From Epithemia pelagica (lineage: Eukaryota > Protista > Bacillariophyta), in assembly GCA_946965045.2 (NCBI GenBank), contig OX337233.1:2666001-2730000 (forward strand): DNA of 64,000 bases, written 5' to 3'. The notes beneath the pieces are model-generated. The model made no database searches. It was not told where the DNA came from and saw nothing but the letters and a program-made list of their open reading frames with translations. Both the position numbers and the translations under genes were made by a program. Shown here piece after piece: positions 1-9,000 of the stretch (positions are counted from its first letter, which is position 1; each line of letters begins with the position of its first letter).

Positions 1-33
1 ATCCGGTCGTCTCTTTTACTTCCAAGTAGAGTC

Positions 34-3000
34 TTGGGTGGACTTGCGGGAAAGTCGCCGATCGCAAATTCCAACAGATCGTATCGACCAAGCACCCGGA
101 AAATTGAGTTCAATTTCAATGCGCCACTACTTCGCTTCAAATGCGAGAATGATGTAGATGGTCGTGACTGCAACAGCAGCAACACCAACTCAACACAGTT
201 GCTGGATTTGTCGTTTCGCGGCATTGAAGGGTCCTGGACATCATCACTGCTGCCTTCTGGCGCTGTACACATTGCCAGCGAAGCAAAGCTGCGCGGTGTA
301 GACTGTGTGGATCTGTACCAAGGGGCGGGAGAAGAATTTTCACTTCTCATCTCCTCAATCCCACCAGAATCGATATTTAACTCGGAGAACCGTTCTAGCG
401 ATCGCTACATGAACAGCACAGACCTTGTGTCCGTCAATTTTGAGTCTTCGATTGGGAACACAAATCTTCAGTCAGGGAAAACAACATCACGCTTGAAAAT
501 TGCGTCTCACGAACTATTTGTCGAATGGAATGCAGAGACAATTGCCGCCGTACAGAAAGCTTTCAAAGTTCCGAATGAATTGATTCTTTCCAAAGATGAC
601 ACCGACTCCCAATCCGAGGAATTCTTTGACGCTGAAGAGGACGATTTTCACGATGCCGGTTCTGTCCTTACAGTGTCATCCGATGATGAATTCCCCCTGG
701 AAGACATTCCGTCTCTGCAATATCCTTTGGAGAGATATCAAATGATGGTGCTGGAAAATGGTGGTCTGCTCAAGCGTGATTCTTCTCCCCCAAACCCTGC
801 TGCATTGCTGTCATCTTTTTCGTCTTCTCCAACTACTGCTTCACCAGGCATCCCGCCATCGAATCCTAAATCGTTTGAAATTGCTTTCGATCTTTCCAAG
901 TTGAGAGTGAATTTCAACAAAGAGTCAAGACATAGAAGAGTGGTTTCGGCTGAAATGGACAGAACTTCTGTCCATTATTCCTCCAGGGAGGAAGGAGGAT
1001 ATATGGCCAGCGTTACACTGGGTAACTTTGTTTTATCTGATGCCGACAGCGTTGACAATAAAACTCTTTACCGAGAGATAGTGGGACTGAAAACGGATGT
1101 ACCCCTTGATCGTGGCAAGCAAGCTTCTTTGCTGCAGATGAAAATTGTTAAGAATCCTCGTTTAAGGAGGTTTGTTTCTGAACAAGTTGAACGAGAAGAC
1201 AGTGGAACTGCAGACGAGGAAAGTGTCACTATTGATACATCCAACGCAATCGTACAGGGCTGTGACATATATTTCAAAGCGGAGTTCAGTCCAATGCGTT
1301 TCGTCTACCTACAACAATTATGGTTTGAAGTGATCGACTATTTCTTTGAAGGAATTATTGGCTACGAAGTTTGGGGGAACAAGCGCCCGGGCCCAGTCCC
1401 TGAAAGCCAGCTGAAGTTCGCTCCTACTAACGCAAATGACTTCGCATTTACAAGATTTGATATTTCTTTGGATTCGCCGGTGATTCTTGTCCCCGTGTCG
1501 TACTGCTGCACAGACTTTTTGAGAATTGAGACCGACATAATAAAAGTTGGAAATAGATACGATTACAGCCCTTTACGGACCGAAAGTTCCCAGGACCAGT
1601 CGAAGTCGATGCTCAAACAACAATGGTTCAACAACTGTACCGTAAAAATTGGGAATGTGACGCTCTCAAGTTGGTCTGGTCGACGTTTGAACTCCTCCGA
1701 TGATGAGGTGAATGCTCGTATTGAGATGAATTGGCCTGCTGGGCCGACTGCATTCTTGAACAAACCGAAATGGAAGGTTAAGTGCAGCTTCGACAAGACG
1801 GAGGTTTCGTTGCTGCGCGAGGACTATGCATTAGTTCAGCACATTGTTGCTTCCAACTTTGGTGAAGGTTCAAGGCACCTTGATGAGTGGGACGCACTGC
1901 AGAATCTACCACCGTTAGTGTTGGAAAGATACAAAGAAGATATCATGGTCCATTTTGGTTACGACAAGAAGGATGTCACACCAACGACTTTTTGTGTTGC
2001 TCTGACTCTTCCTTATCTTTCCGTCTCTCTGCTGCAAGTCGACCGCTCCGAAACAGCCCTAATACGTTGCTTTGATCTTTCGTGGGATTACTGGAAACAT
2101 TCGGACTTGATTAGTCGACAAAGCATTTGTTGTGAAGTAAACTTAAGCAGGCGTGAGGATGATGGTTACGTGTGGTTGCTTTCTGGACAGGCCCCCGCGG
2201 AGAAAGACGAAAAGGCCGAAGCACTTCGACCATCGCTGGCTTATAAATCAATCTTCCGACCATCAGGTGATATTGAGCGATCTCTTGACATTGGCCAGGC
2301 GCTGATCCATGTTGGCTACCCGTCATGGGCCCTGGTGTCCGAGTTTTTTCGCGCTCTACCACCTCCTTCTTTCATATCTCCTGAAAATGTGATTCAGGTT
2401 GGCGATCGATGGTACAAAATCGCCGGGAGTTCAGCAGTACCCCGAGAGCCGAAAAGGTTCCGTAGTCTTACGTGGATTACGGCAAAAAAATCGAGGAGCG
2501 ATGCACCCTCTCGACAGCAAAATTCAGGAACGATCCGCTCAACTGTGCTGCGTTTTGGTCTCACCTTTCCTCAAGTTTCGTTCATTGCTGGACACAAAAC
2601 TCTTGTTCTCGCGATGGACACAGCTGATTATTACTATAGTCAGCATAGTGGCAATATTGAGACCTCCTTCAAAACGACGAAAATAAAGCTAACTTGTTCA
2701 GGGTCGAAGTCGTTTGTTGATCCGGATGAGCCAGTGTGCTTGGAAATTATTGGTATCAGCGGTTCGGTCCAAGACTACAAGGCCGGGACTAAGCACAGCT
2801 GTCACACACATACGACAATTGTGGATGTCGGCGCGATCAAATCTGCTTTGACTCACTCAGTTATCATGGAAGTGTATGAAGTGCTGTTACAGCTCAAGCG
2901 TGACGTTCGAAGCCTGAAAAAGAACGGCAGGGGAACCCAAAAAGAATCGACGGGAGACGATAGGGATAAGAGTTTTCATGCTCCAGAAGTTTTGCTTCGA

Positions 3001-6000
3001 GTTTCATGCGAGTCGATGGACGTTGAGCTCTATGATGACGCCGATAATTCTTTGTCGAGAGAGCAAAAATTCCTTCTGTTGTCCCTGGGCCCCATGGGCC
3101 TCTTTCGGAAACAGACTATATCCCTATTGTCACCGCCGAGTCCAAATGGTGCATTCGAAGAGTCAGCTGAACTTAGCATTCAAAACATCAGATTTATCGA
3201 CTGCATCCAACCCGTCGATTCCCCCTTTCGTCCCATGCTGGTTGCCACTCCTATGCATGATGCGAAGCCACAACGGTCGTTTCCCTCTCGAACTCTTGGT
3301 GACCACAGTAGATCACTGACATACGCAATTCATGTCGCGAGACTTGTCGACCTTGAGAGATGTCGCTACCTTATTGACATTCACCAGGTTGATCTCCAAT
3401 ATAACCCATCAATCGCTTTCAAGCTGCACAAAATGGCGATACGGCTTACACAAGGCTTTGTTGCTGCAAACCAGGCATTTCCACCAGGTAAAGAGCGATC
3501 TTTGACTCATGAAAAGGCTATTTTTGGTGTAGATGAGAAAGAGGTAGAGGTCTCAGCAAAATTACGACATTTTTCTGTTCGGTTGAATGTGGAGGACGAC
3601 CGGCGTTGCTTGGTTCATACGCTGGTTCAAAACACACGCATCGATTGCCATCAATCGAAGTCCTTTCTTGAAGTGAAAGCACTTGTGGATGATATCAAAA
3701 TTATCGATTCCGTTTCCATTAGTGGTGCGGTCGGGAACGACAACAGCATTCTTATGGTAGCTTCGGATGTGTCGGGGCCTCTGCTCGAAATTAAGCTGTT
3801 TTCTTTTCCACAGGCTTCAGGTAGGCCTAACCACACCATCCCAGAATGGGCTTCATCCTTGGCGCATGACAATGAAGTTGACGACATACTCGATATGGCG
3901 CTATCAAATGTGGACTTTGTTTTCTTGGCTAAGAGAACTTATGAGCTCTGTAGTTACCTGGGTCATTCGCTCCCTCTGAATAAAACGATGAGCACAAAAA
4001 CCAGCCGTACAACCGCTTCCGACAAAAAGACAAGGCGACGTTGCTTTAACTTCAAGACACAAAAAGTAACGTGCTACATCCCAAGCGACAGAGTAGCAGA
4101 GAATGGCCTCATGATCAGCGGGGACTTCTTGGTGCGATCAAGGATCTCACCTGATACTGCGATGGAATTGGAAGGGTCTTTAACAAATTTGTTGTGCAAA
4201 ATGTATTGTTCAAATATTTTCGGTAACGATACTCACGAAAACAGAATCGTCGAAGGAATCGAAGTGTTGTTCCATCTCGAAAAAAGACCCGACGGACGTT
4301 TACATGCAAAGTGTGGTGTCTCAGATGTGCAAGCAAGGCTTTGCTATACCGACTACGTACATCTGATGCAAGTCGCACAAGGAAACATTGCGCAACGTGA
4401 TGTGGTCCATGACTGTAAGACTGAGAGTCGGGATCCTGAACAATCTGATGAAGACAGTACAGATACGTCAAACAAGGAGGATGATTCTTCGTCGACGCAG
4501 TTCGAACTGACGCTAGCGTTAGCGGACGTCGCTTTGGTGCTTAGGCGAGATGATAAGAATTCTGGCAGTGATGTCGACTACGATATGATATTGTTTAGAG
4601 GCGAGAACTTTGATTTTATATTTACGAGTTCGAACGAAGGCCAAACTGCCGTGTTCTCTGTGAAACGAATATTTGCCTTTGACTTGGGGGAGCAAGGTCG
4701 GGTATTGCGCAGTGATCATTCTTTTTCGAACCAGGAATTGGGCCCAATGCCGATTGCCGTGATGGTTGAAGGTTACAGTTCACCGGAGCAAAACTCCTCA
4801 TCGCTGGAAGATGATGAAGATACGCAGATAATGGCTCGGTTGGACCGCCCTAAAGGTAATTCTACTGAAACACGAATCAGCCTGGTTATCAGTCGCCTGA
4901 GTGTTACAGCACTTTTCAGGCCGCTGGAAGAACTTGCCGCCTTCATTGGGCAATCGTGGACAGTAAATGAAAACCAGGGAATGAATATCGGAGTGGCAAC
5001 AGTCCGGACTCCTGAGCATTCGCCACGCCGAAAATCATTCACCAAGAGCTCGGACACATCACATGCTCCTGTATCACTTCGAATAGTTCTGCACTATCCC
5101 CGGTTCATGTTTGTCGCAGACGAAGGAGATCCGCACTCCCGTGCGTTGATTCTGCGTGGTTTGGCGCTTGTTAACGCGAACATGGCTGAGTCCACCGAAG
5201 ATGCAACATATGATGACGGAAAGTGCTCTCTTACTTCCGTAAACGGTGATTTCCAAAATATATCAAGTTACATTCTTCCTGATGTTGCTGAGGTCTTATT
5301 TGCAAGGGATAGCTATCGGATGCACATTGAAGACGTTTTGATTGAAACATCGCCCTACATGTTCCTTGAAGACCGTGATAATGATGGAAACACTGACGAA
5401 CCGATCTCTCTCTTACTCCCCGTCACCATGGGTGTGGAGTTCGAGCAAAGGTCCAAAGACTCAGTTGTTTACCAGCGCTCAATAGCCCTAAACATGGACC
5501 CCGTTTCTCTGATGATAAGCGCCGAAGACCTCCAGCTCATCCGACTTCTGGCCAAGAAATGGTCATCGTCTACCCATAGTGGCAGGTCGCATGGTCAATA
5601 CACCTACGATGTGGTTTTCGATTCACAGCGACTGGGGATCGGGCTCCGGAAAGTGGGCGCGGTCATTGTTGTCGATGCGATTCATGACCAACCTGTTGGA
5701 ATAGGTGATGCGCTAGTTGCAGTCAATGGACAAAATTTGATTGTCACTGAAGACAGTCCACTAGCAGATGTTGTGGAGCGTCTGAAGAACTCACCAAGGC
5801 CACTAAGGTTGACATTTTCTCGAGGAAAAGAAGGCGATGAGAAGGAGAAATCAGAGTTCGAGGAGACGGAGACAAAGAGCGATCATGTATACAGGGAGTC
5901 AATGGACATTTCACTTGCCAAAGCGTCGCTTACACTGATAGGAAACGAAGTTCCAATACTACGAGGCATTGTATCAACAACCCAAATGAATGTTGTAAGA

Positions 6001-9000
6001 AAAGTTGGAAGCTCTCACGACAGACAGGTGGCTTTTTCATCAGTCGTCTCCTTTGACTACTACAACCTCCGAATCTGGGGATGGGAGCCCTTTATGGAAG
6101 CTGGGTCAATTAAGTTGGCAGCTGACATGCACGATCCACTGGAAGGCTCGAAGACTTTAACTCTCGAGACAAGTGATTGCGTGCCAACACCTATTTCTTT
6201 CAACATCACAGACGCGTGTGCCTCAGCAATAAGCAAGTTGATGAAATGGGACACATCACCAGAAAACCATTCACTTGATGACACAGTTTTCGTCGAGGAA
6301 GCGAGAAAAGCGGCAAATGCTGCATTGCGGTTTGCCAAGCAGCAAAAGAATAGTGGATCAAAGCCATTTCTCTTACAAAATCAAAGCGGTATTTCATGCG
6401 CATTTGTTGTCCAGAAGAAAAGCTCTCCACACGTTGGTGGTCATACAACATCATTTGTGACGGTTGGCGACTATAGTGGCCTCCAGAACTACGATTCCTC
6501 CGAGATTTCAGAAATCCCTGCTGGGGGAGACTGCAAATTTCGCCTCGACAGGGTGGCGGGTACGCGTCAAGGTGACGGCCATGGGCGTGTTCCGAGTTTG
6601 ACTGTTGCATTCCAATCGGTTTTCGGTGTAACGCTTGAGCCTCTGGTTGATCTTCAGATCGTCAGGGCAGGGGTTACACTCCTACCGCTTGCATGTGAGT
6701 GCGATGGTCGCAGCGAGAAGTTTCAGAGGACCGTTTGGGTTTCATGGACTGTTGAACCGAGGGATGAAATGACGGTTCTCAAACTAAGCAGCACTTTTCG
6801 AATTTCGTCGCTCCTTCACACGCACCTAGAAATTGGTGTAGGACCTGACGAAGCTGGAAGTGCAACAAGAAGCCTTGGTACTCTTCCCGTCAACCATGAC
6901 TTTTTTCTTCCATTGTGGCTTTGCTTAAAAATGTCATTTGAACTTTCTATCCGTCCAGTTGGCGGAAATGCATTCTCTCCGCTTTTCAGTGTCTCTGAGG
7001 ATTGTGCTAGACCACACACAGAAACCGCTCACACCAAGTATGTGGAATGCCCTCAACCAGGCGCTGGTTCGACTTGGCTCGCAGCATCGAAAGATGGAGA
7101 TACAACTTCAACCTCGATAACAATTGATTGCGTCCTGACGCTTCTGAATATGCTTCCGATACCAGTTGAATGGGAGGTGTCGAAATCTCAGCTCATCGAG
7201 ACCACAATTGATGGTTCTTCTGTCCGCCAAGCGGCCCTGAAATCGGGAGAATCCGCTGAAATTCTTAGTGCTAACGATATGAATATCTTCGTCCGCATAA
7301 GAGAAGGACAGGAGTGGTCGCATTGGCTCTCACTTGAACCTTCGGAGCCCAAGACGGGGGGTATCATAGTTGTTCGGCTTACAGATATCTTCGGTGTTCC
7401 CCTTGATATCGGTGCTCGCATCGCTAGAAAAGATGTGGGATTTCGTGTAACTCTGTTCGCCGAATTGTGGTTCTTGAACACGACTGCACTAAATGTTTCA
7501 TTTGGGGTTTCAGCTGAAAGTATGCATATCGAAGAAACAACAAATAGTGATGAAGTGAAAGATGACATATCAACTGCTGAAGCTGCTTTGAAGGAGTTCT
7601 CGTCCCTTTTCGAAGCAGGAGACAACGGAAGAGGTATTCGAAACCAGGAAGATCAGAATGGTCGAACGGTGAATATGATGTTGCTTCCGTCGAATAGAGG
7701 CACGGCTATTGTTGAGGAGTGCTTCGAGTATGTTAAAGTGGAAAACTCGTCGGTTGTTCGGCGATGGTGGGCATCAAGTGATCCTTTGTCAACGCTCCCA
7801 GACCTTACGTTGATCCAAGAGGACGGAGAGGGGTGGTCCTGGATTGATCCTTCATGGGTACGTAAAGTTCGTGTTGGATTTGTGGTTTCACAAGAGTTTT
7901 TGTCTCAGCTGGTAATATTTTGTCATTTCAAACCACAGATTCTCGACACGTCCGGGGGAACTTGTGAGGGTTGGGAAACGGCTCCTCATATATTCTCTTT
8001 CTCAAGGAAACGCGACTTTCATGAAGCACACCCGTATCGGAGGAGAAGGTGGCATCGAACCAGAAGAAGCCCAAAGGCTTTTGTTAACGCATTCTTCCAT
8101 CGACCGTTCCCTCCTGATCCGGAACCAGAAACTAAAGAGAAGAAAGAGAGAAAAAGAAAGTCTCTTCAACTTGGGATTCAAGTAAATGGTGGAGATTGGT
8201 CGCTGATGTCACAGATCCCTGTCGCAGGTGTACTTTACGGAGTGATAAGGGCACCCTCATCAAGGTGGAGGAGTTCATCGAGTCGACCCGACGGAACATA
8301 CGAACTTTGTTACAATGTATCACCACTTGATGGCGAATGGGGCGATTTCTCAAGGTTAATGACCATTTCGTCTCGCTTTATTGTTCGAAACGATTCGAAG
8401 AACTTGGCGTTTGAGGTCAAGCAAGCGGGAACCGACGATTCAACAGCGATAGAGATTCCAATCGGGGGAACGGTGCCTTTCCACTGGGTCAATCACATGC
8501 GACCAGAACTGATCTGCGTTCGTCCATGCGTTGGGAAAGGTGATATCCCATACTACCGATGGTCCGGAGGCTTCGATCCCCTCACAATCGGTGTAATACC
8601 ACTGCGAATACGGAAGAGCCACAGTGAAAATGATGAGGAAAGAAAGGGGTCGTACGAAATGCGTGTAAGATCTCTGAAGGTTGAATCCAAAATAAGACCA
8701 GACACTGGAAGAACAGGAATAAACATATCCTTAGAAGAGGAGGATGAACGCGCAGATGGTTGTCTTTTTCGAATCGACAATCGCTCCCTGTTTCCTATTT
8801 GGGTTGCACAAGATGGTATCCTTGCAAACCCTCTATCCCCTGATTCTTACGACGATGCGGCAGCGGGTGATTGCCTTCTCCCGAACCAGACTATCTCGTT
8901 TGCTTTAGACGTTCCCTATCGCCAAGGCAAGTACAAACACCGGAAGGCTGCCACATTAGAGGAGCTGCTTCGTCTCCGTATAAGCCTTGCGCCTCTACAT

